Notes under the pieces: generated by a model
The model's input: only the letters and a program-made list of their open reading frames with translations
The model's database searches: none
What the model was told of the DNA's origin: nothing
Position numbers and translations under genes: made by a program
Shown: positions 25,199 through 35,259 of the stretch, one piece after another
Position numbering within the stretch: position 1 is the first letter of the stretch
Layout of the letters: every line of letters starts with the position of its first letter
Assembly (NCBI GenBank): GCA_028716565.1
Contig: JAQUPL010000001.1
Location: 19,545 to 83,544 of the forward strand
DNA length: 64,000 nucleotides
Source: Candidatus Omnitrophota bacterium
GTDB taxonomy: Bacteria; Omnitrophota; Gorgyraeia; Pluralincolimonadales; Pluralincolimonadaceae
Direction: 5' to 3'

Positions 25199-26298
25199 AG
25201 AATAAATACGGCGTTTCTTTGCCGCAGGTGATATTGTGTTCGGCGGTGATCCTCCTTTCGTTCGCGTCCGGGCAGGTCTTTGCGGCGGATGAGCCTGCCG
25301 CGGGAGAGGCGGCAGGCATCGAGCAATATCTGCAGGACGCCCTGCCTGAGAACCCGGAAAGGAAGGTTGTTTATGACTCATTGACCGGTGTGCTTACCGT
25401 TACCGATACCCCGACTAACCAGGCGATGGCCAAGGACCTGATAAGTCTATGGGATACCGGGTCCACGCAGGTAAGGATACAGGCGAGATTTGTGGAGATC
25501 CAGGTCACTGATATAGAGGAGTTAGGGATCGAATGGCAGATCTTTAAGGCGCAAAGATATCCCATGGATAAGAACGGCCACTGGAGCAACTTTGGGACCA
25601 GTGTTTCTAGCGGGACATTAAGCGAGGATCAGGCTAACGCCGCTTTCTTCGGAACGGCAAACGAGACTTCGGGTCTGGGTTTGACTATCGGAAAGTTCAC
25701 GAACGCGGGGGATATGTATAGGGCATATATAAAGGCGCTTATCGAGCAGGGGAAAGCCAGTCTCTTGTCTTCTCCTTCGGTGACCACTATCTCCGGCCAG
25801 ATGGCGAACATCCAGGTAGCTAACATAGTCCCTTACGCCTCGGATTTCACGAGGACTAACATCGGCACCGCCGATTTCCCGGTCATGGTCGAGATATACA
25901 AAGTGGCGGAAAAGGTGACCGGCATATCGCTTGAGGTGACGCCTTCGGTGGGAGGCGACAGTAAGGTGGTCACGATGGATATACATCCCGAGGTCAGCAT
26001 CCTGGTCGACCAGATCCCGATCTCTTCTTCGGACGATTTCCCCGCAAACTTAGGATACCCGGTCATCGACACGAGGACAACGCAGACGTCGGTAGTCGTC
26101 AAGAGCGGAGAGACGGTCGTACTGGGCGGATTAATAAGGGAAGATGAAAGAACTACGAAAAGGAAGATCCCGGTCCTGGGCGACATACCACTCCTGGGCA
26201 GACTATTTACTACCGACCACACCGACAAGTCAAAGAAGAACCTGTTGATCTTCCTGACAGCCACGATATTGGACTCAAGAGGAGAGCCGGTGCTATGA
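25195..26298 (+). CDS. short secretin (GspD/PilQ family), paralog 2
   Basis: Same architecture as paralog 1 (LTVTDTPTNQAMAKDLI...VRIQARFVEIQVTDIEELGIEW...VLGDIPLLGRLFTTDHTDKSKKNLLIFLTATIL). It overlaps paralog 1 by 4 nt. Confidence 0.85.
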   Translation: MKNKYGVSLPQVILCSAVILLSFASGQVFAADEPAAGEAAGIEQYLQDALPENPERKVVYDSLTGVLTVTDTPTNQAMAKDLISLWDTGSTQVRIQARFVEIQVTDIEELGIEWQIFKAQRYPMDKNGHWSNFGTSVSSGTLSEDQANAAFFGTANETSGLGLTIGKFTNAGDMYRAYIKALIEQGKASLLSSPSVTTISGQMANIQVANIVPYASDFTRTNIGTADFPVMVEIYKVAEKVTGISLEVTPSVGGDSKVVTMDIHPEVSILVDQIPISSSDDFPANLGYPVIDTRTTQTSVVVKSGETVVLGGLIREDERTTKRKIPVLGDIPLLGRLFTTDHTDKSKKNLLIFLTATILDSRGEPVL

Positions 26299-26627
26299 AA
26301 CGCGCAATATTGTTGATATCCGTTCTTTTATGCGCTATTATCTTATCGTCAGCCGTGATGGCCCAGTACCTTCCCACTGCCTCTTCTACGACTGCAAAGA
26401 GCACTAAACCGAAGGACGTTGTCCTCACTACCTCGGACATAAAAGATTCCTATAAGGTCATAGGGATCGTTTCGGTCCGTGGCGGCGAAGTGAACCTCGA
26501 CGCCTTAAACAGCAAACTTAAGGACGCGGGAAAGGAATTAGGGGCCGATTACATCATAGGCATACAGTATTTTACCTACAGCGGCTACGTGTATGGCTAT
26601 GGGACGGCTGTAAAGATCAAGGAATAG
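26295..26627 (+). CDS. small secreted YbjQ/UPF0145 (DUF74)-like protein
   Basis: Signal peptide (MKRAILLISVLLCAIILSSAVMA) and a C-terminal segment (LGADYIIGIQYFTYSGYVYGYGTAVKIK) resembling the YbjQ family. Translationally coupled to secretin 2. Confidence 0.45.
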   Translation: MKRAILLISVLLCAIILSSAVMAQYLPTASSTTAKSTKPKDVVLTTSDIKDSYKVIGIVSVRGGEVNLDALNSKLKDAGKELGADYIIGIQYFTYSGYVYGYGTAVKIKE

Positions 26628-26685
26628 GAAGAACAATCCGGAAAGACCACGCCTTTTTCATTTTTCCCCGTAAAAACTTATACTA

Positions 26686-29355
26686 ATGACGGAAAATCCA
26701 GATCGTCTTTTCTTAATAGACGGTAATTCATTCTGCTATAGGGCATTCTACGCTATCCGCAGCCTCACGAACTCAAAAGGCCAGCCGACGAACGCGATAT
26801 ACGGGTTCATAACCATGATCAAGAAATTGATCGAGGACGAGAAGCCCGGATACCTGGCGATAGCATTCGACCTCAAAGGGCCGACGTTCAGGCATAAGAA
26901 GTTCGAGGAATACAAGATCCACAGGAAGCCGATGCCGGATGAGCTGGTCGACCAGATGCCGCTGATAAAAGAAGTGGTCAGGGGTTATAATATCCCGCTC
27001 TTCGAGATGCAGGGTTATGAGGCAGACGACGTCCTGGCGACGCTGGCGGTAAAGGCGGCGGAGAAGGGATATGAGGTCTACATAGTGACCGGCGATAAGG
27101 ACATGCTCCAGCTCGTCGGGCCGCGCATAAAAGTGTATAACGTCCACAAGGAAGGGCTCATCTACGACAAAGATAAAGTGAAAGAACGCTACGGCGTCCC
27201 TCCGGAGGGGATAGTTGACCTGATCGCCCTCATGGGAGATTCCTCGGACAATATACCGGGCGTAACCGGTATAGGCGAGGTCACCGCGAAGAAGCTTATG
27301 GAGGATTTCGGCAGCCTCGATAAGGTCCTTTCGGCCGGGGATAGGATAAAATCCGAGAGTCTGCGGAAAAAGCTGGCCGAATACAGGGACCAGGCGATAT
27401 TAAGCAAGGAGCTCGCGACCGTGGACAGGGATGTCCCGGTAAAGATAGATTTCGACGAACTTAAGGTAAAGGTCCCGGATAACGCCAGGCTCTACGAGCT
27501 GTTCAACGAGCTTGAGTTCAAGCGCCTGCTCAAAGATCTTTCAGGCCCGGGGAAACAGCTTACCGGGAAGTACCGCCTCATAGAGGACAAGGGCGCGCTT
27601 GACGGCCTGGTGAAGAAATTAGCCGGGCAGAAGGAGTTCGCCCTGGATTTTGAGACGACAGGGACCGACCCTCTTTCATGCGAGCCGGTCGGGATATCTT
27701 TCTGCTGGGAAGAAGGCGCCGCGTATTACGTGCCTATAGGGGACGTGAAAGGCGGTTTCGATAAGGCGGCATTGTTCGGGGAACTGAAGCTTGTTTTGGA
27801 AGATAAGAGAAAACTCAAAATAGGCCAAAACATTAAATACGAACAGCTCCTGCTCGCGGTGAACGGCATCAATATGGAAGGGCCGGTCTTCGATACGATG
27901 GTCGCTTCGTACTTGCTAAATCCCTCGAAATTGAACCATAACCTCGAGGACATAACACTGGAATATCTTAATTTCAATAAAACTCCGATAACCGACCTAA
28001 TAGGCGAGGGCAAGAAGAAGATAACGATGAAGGAAGTGGAGATAGAAAAGATAAAGGATTATTGCTGTCAGGACTCGGATGCGGCCTTCAGGTTAAAGAA
28101 CGTCCTCGAAGCCCAGCTCGAAGAGAAGAACCTGTACAAGCTTTTCCACGAAGTCGAGATGCCGCTGCTCGGTTGCCTCGCAGCGATGGAGCTGACCGGC
28201 GTCGCGATAGACGTCGATTACCTGGCTAAGATGTCGAAAGAGATGGAGAAGCAGCTCGAGAAGACGACGGCCGAGATCTATGAGATCGCAGGGACGGAAT
28301 TCAATATTAATTCTCCGAAACAATTATCCGAGATACTATTTGTGAGGATGAAGCTCCCTGTCGTCAAAAAGACCAAGACCGGGCATTCGACCGATGTCGA
28401 GGTCCTCGAGGCGCTTTCGGCGGTCCATGCCCTGCCGGCGCTGCTGCTGAAATACAGGGAGATCTCGAAATTGAAATCGACGTATGTGGACGCCCTGCCC
28501 CAGCTCGTAAACCCGAGGACGGGCCGGGTGCATACTTCGTTCAACCAGACTGTCACTGCGACAGGAAGGCTGAGTTCGTCAGACCCGAATTTCCAGAACA
28601 TACCGATAAAGACCGAGGCGGGAAGGCAGATAAGGCGCGCGTTTGTCCCGGGGACGAAGGGATGGGTGATCGTGTCGGCCGATTATTCCCAAATAGAGCT
28701 GAGGATACTCGCGCATTTTTCACAGGACAAGGAGCTCCTCGAGGCATTCGATAATGGCCGCGACATCCACACCCATACGGCCTCGCTCATATTCGGCGTC
28801 AAGGAAAGCGAAATCACCCCGGAGATGCGATCGATAGCCAAGACGGTCAACTTCGGGATCATCTACGGCATGAGCCCGTTCGGCCTTTCCAGGGAATTGA
28901 AGATCGAGGTCTCGAAGGCGAAGGAGTTCATAGACGCCTATTTCGAAAAATACGGACGGGTAAAGACGTTCCTCGATGACCTCGTGAACGAGGCTAGGGA
29001 GAACGGCTACGTGACGACCATATTGAACCGCAGGAGATACCTGCCAGAGATAAACAGCCAGAACAATTCCGTAAGGCAATTCGCCGAGAGGGCGGCCATA
29101 AACGCCCCGATACAGGGTTCGGCGGCCGATCTCATAAAAATAGCGATGATAAACATACATAATATTTTGAAGGAAAAGAAACTCACCTCAAAGATGATAC
29201 TTCAGGTGCACGACGAGCTGGTCTTCGAGGTTCCCGGCGACGAGGTAGAAGAGATGAAGAAGATAGTCAAGACCAGGATGGAGGAGGTCGTAAAGCTCAC
29301 CGTCCCGGTCAGGGTCCAGGTGAAATCCGGCAAGAACTGGCTGGAGGCGGCCTGA
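26686..29355 (+). CDS. polA: DNA polymerase I
   Basis: 5'-3' exonuclease N-terminus (LFLIDGNSFCYRAFYA), a 3'-5' exonuclease-like middle domain, and polymerase motifs A (VSADYSQIELRILAH), B (RSIAKTVNFGIIYGMS) and C (LQVHDELVFE). Length is 889 aa. Confidence 0.95.
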   Translation: MTENPDRLFLIDGNSFCYRAFYAIRSLTNSKGQPTNAIYGFITMIKKLIEDEKPGYLAIAFDLKGPTFRHKKFEEYKIHRKPMPDELVDQMPLIKEVVRGYNIPLFEMQGYEADDVLATLAVKAAEKGYEVYIVTGDKDMLQLVGPRIKVYNVHKEGLIYDKDKVKERYGVPPEGIVDLIALMGDSSDNIPGVTGIGEVTAKKLMEDFGSLDKVLSAGDRIKSESLRKKLAEYRDQAILSKELATVDRDVPVKIDFDELKVKVPDNARLYELFNELEFKRLLKDLSGPGKQLTGKYRLIEDKGALDGLVKKLAGQKEFALDFETTGTDPLSCEPVGISFCWEEGAAYYVPIGDVKGGFDKAALFGELKLVLEDKRKLKIGQNIKYEQLLLAVNGINMEGPVFDTMVASYLLNPSKLNHNLEDITLEYLNFNKTPITDLIGEGKKKITMKEVEIEKIKDYCCQDSDAAFRLKNVLEAQLEEKNLYKLFHEVEMPLLGCLAAMELTGVAIDVDYLAKMSKEMEKQLEKTTAEIYEIAGTEFNINSPKQLSEILFVRMKLPVVKKTKTGHSTDVEVLEALSAVHALPALLLKYREISKLKSTYVDALPQLVNPRTGRVHTSFNQTVTATGRLSSSDPNFQNIPIKTEAGRQIRRAFVPGTKGWVIVSADYSQIELRILAHFSQDKELLEAFDNGRDIHTHTASLIFGVKESEITPEMRSIAKTVNFGIIYGMSPFGLSRELKIEVSKAKEFIDAYFEKYGRVKTFLDDLVNEARENGYVTTILNRRRYLPEINSQNNSVRQFAERAAINAPIQGSAADLIKIAMINIHNILKEKKLTSKMILQVHDELVFEVPGDEVEEMKKIVKTRMEEVVKLTVPVRVQVKSGKNWLEAA

Positions 29356-30749
29356 TGCCTAAGGTCAACAAATTAAAAGTGCTCTTCGCGTCAAGCGAGG
29401 TAGACCCTTTCTCCAAGACCGGCGGCCTAGCCGATGTGGCGGGGAGCCTTCCCGTGGCCCTGGACAAGGCCGGGGTGGAGGTCAGGGTGATAACGCCGCG
29501 TTACAGGTGCGTAAGGGCCTTCGGCAACGAGGCGATGCTGGCCGATAAGGTGCCGGTCTATTTCGTGAAGAACGACAAATTTTTTATGAGGGATAATCTC
29601 TACGCGGATAAGAAGGGCGACTATGCCGACAATCTGGATAGGTTCTCGTTCTTCTCGAGGAGCGTGATCGAGCAGTTGAAGGACTTGGATTTCAAGCCTG
29701 ACGTGATCCATTGCAACGACTGGCAGACGGCCTTGATCCCGGTCTATTTAAAGGAGATATACGGCAAAAAAGATAAGTTTTACCAAAAGATGAAGACCGT
29801 GCTTACGATCCATAACCTGGGATACCAGGGGGTATTCCCGAAGCAGGAATTGCCGAGGACCGGCCTCGGTTGGGAATATTTCACGATGAACAGGCTCGAA
29901 TTTTACGACAAAGTGAATATCCTGAAAGGCGGGCTCGTCTTCACCGACGCGATAACGACGGTCTCTCCGACCTACGCGAAGGAGATACAGACGGCCGAAT
30001 TCGGATGGGGCCTCAACGGGCTGCTATCGGAGAGGAAGAAGGACCTTTCCGGGATCCTGAACGGCATCGATTACGATGAGTGGAACCCTTTGAAAGATAA
30101 AGAGCTTAAATACCATTTTTCGCCGTCGAAATCAGAAGGAAAATATAAGAATAAAGCCCTGCTCCAAAAGGAAGCTGGCCTGGACGAAAGGCAGGACGTG
30201 CCCCTTATCGGGATGATATCAAGGCTTGCCGACCAGAAAGGCCTTGACCTTATCGCCAGGATAATCGGCCCGCTCCTGGACCACGACGTCCAATTCCTTT
30301 TGCTGGGCACCGGCGAGGAGAAGTATCACAGGCTGTTCGAGGAAATAAAAAAGAAGTTTCCCCGCAAGGCGTCGATAAACCTTAAATTCGACGAGATCCT
30401 GGCGAAGAAGATATACGCCGGCGCGGATATATTCCTGGTGCCGTCGAGATATGAGCCGTGCGGCCTCAGCCAGATGATATCGCTCAGGTACGGTACCGTC
30501 CCGGTCGTCCGGAGGACAGGCGGCCTTGCAGATACGATAACCGAATACGACCCCGGGACGACGCGCGGCAACGGATTTGTTTTCGATGCATATGACGCGT
30601 GGGAGCTTTTAGATGCCATAAAGAGGGCGATATCCCTCCATAAGCAGAAGGGCTTGTGGGCGAAACTCGTCTCGAACGCGATGAAATGCGATTTCTCGTG
30701 GGATAGATCCGCGGAAAAATATCTTGAAGTATACAAGAAACTGGTGTGA
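29355..30749 (+). CDS. glgA: glycogen synthase (ADP-glucose type)
   Basis: LKVLFASSEVDPFSKTGGLADVAGSLP, IHCNDWQTAL and FLVPSRYEPCGLSQM motifs. Confidence 0.9.
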   Translation: MPKVNKLKVLFASSEVDPFSKTGGLADVAGSLPVALDKAGVEVRVITPRYRCVRAFGNEAMLADKVPVYFVKNDKFFMRDNLYADKKGDYADNLDRFSFFSRSVIEQLKDLDFKPDVIHCNDWQTALIPVYLKEIYGKKDKFYQKMKTVLTIHNLGYQGVFPKQELPRTGLGWEYFTMNRLEFYDKVNILKGGLVFTDAITTVSPTYAKEIQTAEFGWGLNGLLSERKKDLSGILNGIDYDEWNPLKDKELKYHFSPSKSEGKYKNKALLQKEAGLDERQDVPLIGMISRLADQKGLDLIARIIGPLLDHDVQFLLLGTGEEKYHRLFEEIKKKFPRKASINLKFDEILAKKIYAGADIFLVPSRYEPCGLSQMISLRYGTVPVVRRTGGLADTITEYDPGTTRGNGFVFDAYDAWELLDAIKRAISLHKQKGLWAKLVSNAMKCDFSWDRSAEKYLEVYKKLV

Positions 30750-31351
30750 TGATGATCATAATCGGGGTAACGGGAAGCATAGGCACGGGTAAGACGACTG
30801 TCTCGGGGATGTTCAGGAGGATGGGGGCCGTGGTGATCGACGCTGACGAGATCTCCCACCGGCTTATTTATCCGGGAAGGCCCGCGTGGAAGAGGATTGT
30901 TTCCGCTTTTGGGGAAACAATCCTGAAGCGCGACCATTTTATCGACAGGAAGGCTTTGGGGCGTATTGTATTTTCCGACAGCCGGAAGCTTAAAAAGTTG
31001 AGCGGAATTATCCATCCTCTCGTCTATAAGGAGATACGCGGAAGGATCGCGAAGATAAAAAGGTCGGACCCGTCATCGATCGTCATAGTCGATGTGCCTC
31101 TTTTGCTGGAAAGCGGGGGCCGGAAGCATATAGACAAACTGATAGTGGTGACCGCGCCGCGCGGCGCCCAATTAAAAAGGTCGTGCGGGAAATTCGGGAT
31201 CAGCAGGTCCGACGTTATGCGGCGCATAAAGGCGCAGATGCCGCTAAGGGATAAGGTAAAGGCCGCCGATTTCGTGATCGATAACGGCGGGAGCATTATC
31301 TCTACGGCGAAACAGTCAAGGGCCATATGGAAGAAGCTGGTGGGAGCGTAA
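30746..31351 (+). CDS. coaE: dephospho-CoA kinase
   Basis: IIIGVTGSIGTGKTTVS P-loop and ...VIDADEISH. Confidence 0.88.
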   Translation: MMMIIIGVTGSIGTGKTTVSGMFRRMGAVVIDADEISHRLIYPGRPAWKRIVSAFGETILKRDHFIDRKALGRIVFSDSRKLKKLSGIIHPLVYKEIRGRIAKIKRSDPSSIVIVDVPLLLESGGRKHIDKLIVVTAPRGAQLKRSCGKFGISRSDVMRRIKAQMPLRDKVKAADFVIDNGGSIISTAKQSRAIWKKLVGA

Positions 31352-31845
31352 GCTGTCCTCATAGGATAGAGGATGTCCTCGATGTCCTTAACAATGAGAT
31401 ATCGGGATCGAAGAACAAGAGGATACTTCCGTCTATCGCGCTTCTTTTGGTCGATATAGATAATTTAGAGAGGGTCAACCGGTGGTACGGCAGGAACACC
31501 GGCAATGAGGTGCTGTCGGCTACGGCTAAGATCCTGCACCGTACGATCAGGGAGGACGACCTTCTCGCCAGGTTCGGCGGGGACGAATTCCTTCTGCTCT
31601 TTCGCGGGATCACCCTGAAGGAAGCGAAGGAGAAGGCGTCAAAGATAATAGAGTCTTTGAAGAACCACGATTTCGCCTCGGACAGGCTGAAGATCTCGGC
31701 TTCGATCGGGATAGCGCATTATTTCTCTTTCGCTTTCTCGGGTGATGAACTGCTGGGATGCGCCGTGGAGGCTTTAGCGTTGGCACAAAAAGAGGGAGGA
31801 ACATTCAAGGTGTTTATGGAAGAGGAGGAATGGAATGAAGACTAA
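31327..31845 (+). CDS. minimal stand-alone GGDEF-domain protein (putative diguanylate cyclase)
   Basis: [24 protein letters not shown] and an intact [11 protein letters not shown] active-site motif. It is only 172 aa with no sensory domain; the start is uncertain because it overlaps the coaE end. Confidence 0.6.
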   Translation: MEEAGGSVSCPHRIEDVLDVLNNEISGSKNKRILPSIALLLVDIDNLERVNRWYGRNTGNEVLSATAKILHRTIREDDLLARFGGDEFLLLFRGITLKEAKEKASKIIESLKNHDFASDRLKISASIGIAHYFSFAFSGDELLGCAVEALALAQKEGGTFKVFMEEEEWNED

Positions 31846-33166
31846 TAACGAAGAACCAAACGGGAAACAGGCGGGTAAAGAGACGGCCGAGGCAAAGGAG
31901 CCGTCCGGCGCGGGCTTTAACATAACGAAGCTCAAGAAGATGACGATCCAGGAGCTTACGAAGGCCGCTAAGGACCTCAACGTAAATTCGATAAGCGGCT
32001 TGAAGAAGCAGGATCTCATCTTCAAGATACTCCAGGCGCAGGCCGAGAAGGAAGGCTTTATGTTCGGCGAGGGCGTCCTCGAGATACTCCCGGACGGGTT
32101 CGGCTTCCTGCGTTCGTCGAACTATAATTACCTGCCTTCGCCGGACGACATCTATGTATCGCCGAGCCAGATAAGGAGGTTCGACCTGCGCACCGGCGAC
32201 ACTGTCAGCGGACAGATACGCCCGCCGAAAGAGGGCGAACGTTATTTCGCGCTGCTCAAGGTGGAAGTCGTGAACATGGAGCATCCTGAATCGATGAAAG
32301 AACGCACTTTATTTGATAACCTGACGCCGCTCTACGCCAACGAAAGGTATGTCCTGGAGACCGACACTGAAGAGATCTCGATGAGGATCATGGACCTTTT
32401 GACCCCGATCGGAAAAGGCCAGAGGGGCCTCATCGTCGCGCAGCCGTACAGCGGCAAGACGATACTGCTTCAAAAGATCGCGAACTCCATCATGAAGAAC
32501 TATCCGGAGGTCGTCCTTATAGTGCTGTTGATCGACGAGCGGCCCGAAGAGGTCACCGATATGCAGCGTTCGGTCAAGGGCGAGGTCGTGAGTTCGACTT
32601 TCGATGAGCCGGCCGAGAGGCACATTCAGGTCGCCGAGATAGTACTCGAAAAGGCGAAGAGGCTTGTCGAGAACAAGAGGGATGTCGTTGTCCTCCTCGA
32701 CTCGATAACGCGCCTCGCGCGCGCCTATAACACGGTAGCCCCGCATAGCGGAAAGATATTGTCGGGTGGGGTCGATTCGAGCGCGCTGCACAAGCCGAAG
32801 AGGTTCTTCGGCGCCGCCCGCGCCGTAGAGGAGGGCGGGTCGCTTACGATCATCGCGACCGCGCTCGTAGATACGGGCAGCCGCATGGACGAGGTCATCT
32901 TCGAGGAGTTCAAGGGCACGGGCAACATGGAATTACAGCTCGACAGGAACATGTTCCAGAAGAGGATCTACCCGGCCATAGACATCAAGCGTTCCAACAC
33001 GAGGAAAGAGGACCTGCTTTTCAAGGAGGATGAGCTCAAGCGCATTTGGATAATGAGGAAGGTCCTCAACGAGATGAATTCGGACGAGGCTATGGAGCTG
33101 CTCGTAGACAGGTTAGGCAAGACCAAGACGAACGCCGAATTTCTGTTGAATATGCAGGCAAAATAA
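31835..33166 (+). CDS. rho: transcription termination factor Rho
   Basis: N-terminal RNA-binding OB domain ([14 protein letters not shown]), P-loop AQPYSGKT, Walker [10 protein letters not shown], and [26 protein letters not shown]. Confidence 0.93.
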   Translation: MKTNNEEPNGKQAGKETAEAKEPSGAGFNITKLKKMTIQELTKAAKDLNVNSISGLKKQDLIFKILQAQAEKEGFMFGEGVLEILPDGFGFLRSSNYNYLPSPDDIYVSPSQIRRFDLRTGDTVSGQIRPPKEGERYFALLKVEVVNMEHPESMKERTLFDNLTPLYANERYVLETDTEEISMRIMDLLTPIGKGQRGLIVAQPYSGKTILLQKIANSIMKNYPEVVLIVLLIDERPEEVTDMQRSVKGEVVSSTFDEPAERHIQVAEIVLEKAKRLVENKRDVVVLLDSITRLARAYNTVAPHSGKILSGGVDSSALHKPKRFFGAARAVEEGGSLTIIATALVDTGSRMDEVIFEEFKGTGNMELQLDRNMFQKRIYPAIDIKRSNTRKEDLLFKEDELKRIWIMRKVLNEMNSDEAMELLVDRLGKTKTNAEFLLNMQAK

Positions 33167-33184
33167 CAAAAAGGAGAAACCGGA

Positions 33185-33385
33185 ATGAAAGACAAGATCC
33201 ATCCGAAGTATGAAGCCGCGACGATCACCTGCGCGTGCGGAGAAGTGATCCATACGCGCTCTACCAAACCGAACATAAAGGTCGAGATCTGCTCGAAATG
33301 CCATCCGTTCTTTACCGGCCTTACAAAGCTGATGGATGTCGCGGGCAGGGTCGAGAAATTCAAGAAGAAATACAACAAGAAGTAA
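33185..33385 (+). CDS. rpmE: 50S ribosomal protein L31
   Basis: [26 protein letters not shown]...[10 protein letters not shown]. Length is 66 aa. Confidence 0.9.
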   Translation: MKDKIHPKYEAATITCACGEVIHTRSTKPNIKVEICSKCHPFFTGLTKLMDVAGRVEKFKKKYNKK

Positions 33386-33400
33386 AAGGGCTTATACAGG

Positions 33401-34471
33401 ATGTTTGAGGCTTTGGAGACCAGGGTCAGGCGCTATGAGGAGCTCGAGAAGCTGATCACCGATCCGAAGGTGATAGCGGATTCGTCCGCCTACCAGCGGT
33501 ATACGAAGGAATTAGCTTCGCTCAGGCGCATAGTCTCCAAGTACAGGGAGTACAAGAAAATAGATTCGGAGATCGGCGAGCTCGAGGACCTTCTGGAGAA
33601 GAAGTCTTCCGACGCGGAATTCGCCGAGATGGCAAAAGAGGAATTATCCGGCCTCAGGAAAATAAGGCCGGGCCTCGAGAGAGAAGTCGAGGAGATGCTC
33701 CTCGAGAACGACCCGGATGCGGATAAGAATATAATCGTCGAGATCCGCGCAGGCACCGGAGGACAAGAGGCGTCGCTTTTCGCCGCCGACCTCTTCAGGA
33801 TGTATTCCAGGTACGCCGCGAGCCAGGACTGGAAGGTCGAGTTGCTGAATTCGAGCTTATCAGAAGCCGGCGGGTTCAAGGAAGTCGTCTTCGGTGTGGA
33901 CGGCAACGGCGTATACCGGAAGATGAAATTCGAGTCGGGCGTCCACAGGGTGCAGAGGGTCCCGGCCACTGAAGCGTCGGGCAGGATACATACCTCGACT
34001 GTCTCGGTAGCGGTGCTCCCGGAGGCCGAGGACGTGGACATAAAGATCGACGCGAAAGACCTTAAGGTGGATGTATTCAGGTCGTCAGGCGCCGGAGGCC
34101 AATCCGTAAATACCGCGGACTCGGCTGTCAGGATCACACACATCCCTACCGGGATAGTGGTCCAATGCCAAGACGAGCGTTCCCAGTTGAAGAATAAGAA
34201 TAAGGCGATGAAGGTCCTGCGCGCGAGGATAATGGATAAGGCGGTGACCGAGCAGCAGCAGAAGATAGCCAATGAGCGCAAGACGCAGATAGGCACGGGA
34301 GAACGAAGCGAGAAGATACGGACTTATAATTACCCGGACAGGCGCATCACCGATCACAGGATAGGTTTTACTGTCCATAATCTCGAGAACGTCCTTGAAG
34401 GCGACCTCGAGGAGGTCATAATGGCGCTTTTAAAGCAGGAGAAAGACCTCAAGCTCAAGGAGGCAAAATAA
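33401..34471 (+). CDS. prfA: peptide chain release factor 1
   Basis: GGQSVNTADSAVRITHIPTGIVV (GGQ motif) and a PxT-type tripeptide region. Length is 356 aa. Confidence 0.93.
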   Translation: MFEALETRVRRYEELEKLITDPKVIADSSAYQRYTKELASLRRIVSKYREYKKIDSEIGELEDLLEKKSSDAEFAEMAKEELSGLRKIRPGLEREVEEMLLENDPDADKNIIVEIRAGTGGQEASLFAADLFRMYSRYAASQDWKVELLNSSLSEAGGFKEVVFGVDGNGVYRKMKFESGVHRVQRVPATEASGRIHTSTVSVAVLPEAEDVDIKIDAKDLKVDVFRSSGAGGQSVNTADSAVRITHIPTGIVVQCQDERSQLKNKNKAMKVLRARIMDKAVTEQQQKIANERKTQIGTGERSEKIRTYNYPDRRITDHRIGFTVHNLENVLEGDLEEVIMALLKQEKDLKLKEAK

Positions 34472-34473
34472 AT

Positions 34474-35259
34474 ATGGATTCACTAGAACAGCTTGCGTGC
34501 TGGGCGTTCAATTGCGACCGCGCGCAATTATATACAGGCGATTACGAGGCGGACGAGGAGAACATAAAACTCTTCCATGAGGCGCTGGACTCATACGCCC
34601 GCGGTATCCCGGTCCAATACATCACCGGCGAGGCGGAGTTCATGGGTTTCGATTTCGACGTCAACCCGTCCGTCCTCATACCGAGGCCCGAGACGGAGAT
34701 ACTCGTCGAGAGGGTCCTGGCGCTTATGGAGAGGGAAGGCATCACGGAACCGTCCATCCTAGACCTCGGGACCGGTTCAGGGGCAATAGCCGTCAGTTTG
34801 ACAAAACTGAGCCCGTCCTGTAAAATAGTAGCCTCCGACGTTTCCGAAGAGGCCCTGGAAGTCGGCAGGGAGAACGCCGCGGCAAACGGCGTAGGCGACA
34901 GGATAGAATTCGTCCTATCCGACCTGTTTGAGCGCATTCCCGGCAGGAGGAAGTTCGACCTGGTCATCTCGAACCCGCCCTATATACCGAGCGAGGATTA
35001 CGGTTCCCTGCCTCCGGAGGTGAGGAGCGAGCCGAGGATCGCCCTGGACGGCGGGTTGAAAGGCCTGGAGTTTTATAAAAGGATAATCCCTGACGCCGCA
35101 AAGAGGTTGAACCGCGGCGGGTATCTTGCGCTGGAGATAGGATACGGCCAGGCGCGGGAGATAAACGGTCTTCTCGCGTCCTCGGGATCATATGCCGATG
35201 TCGAGATATTGAAAGATTATAACGATATAGACAGGATAGTTTTCGCTAAGAGGCGTTGA
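34474..35259 (+). CDS. prmC: release factor glutamine N5-methyltransferase PrmC (HemK)
   Basis: LDLGTGSGAIAV SAM motif and the LVISNPPYIP catalytic motif. Confidence 0.85.
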   Translation: MDSLEQLACWAFNCDRAQLYTGDYEADEENIKLFHEALDSYARGIPVQYITGEAEFMGFDFDVNPSVLIPRPETEILVERVLALMEREGITEPSILDLGTGSGAIAVSLTKLSPSCKIVASDVSEEALEVGRENAAANGVGDRIEFVLSDLFERIPGRRKFDLVISNPPYIPSEDYGSLPPEVRSEPRIALDGGLKGLEFYKRIIPDAAKRLNRGGYLALEIGYGQAREINGLLASSGSYADVEILKDYNDIDRIVFAKRR

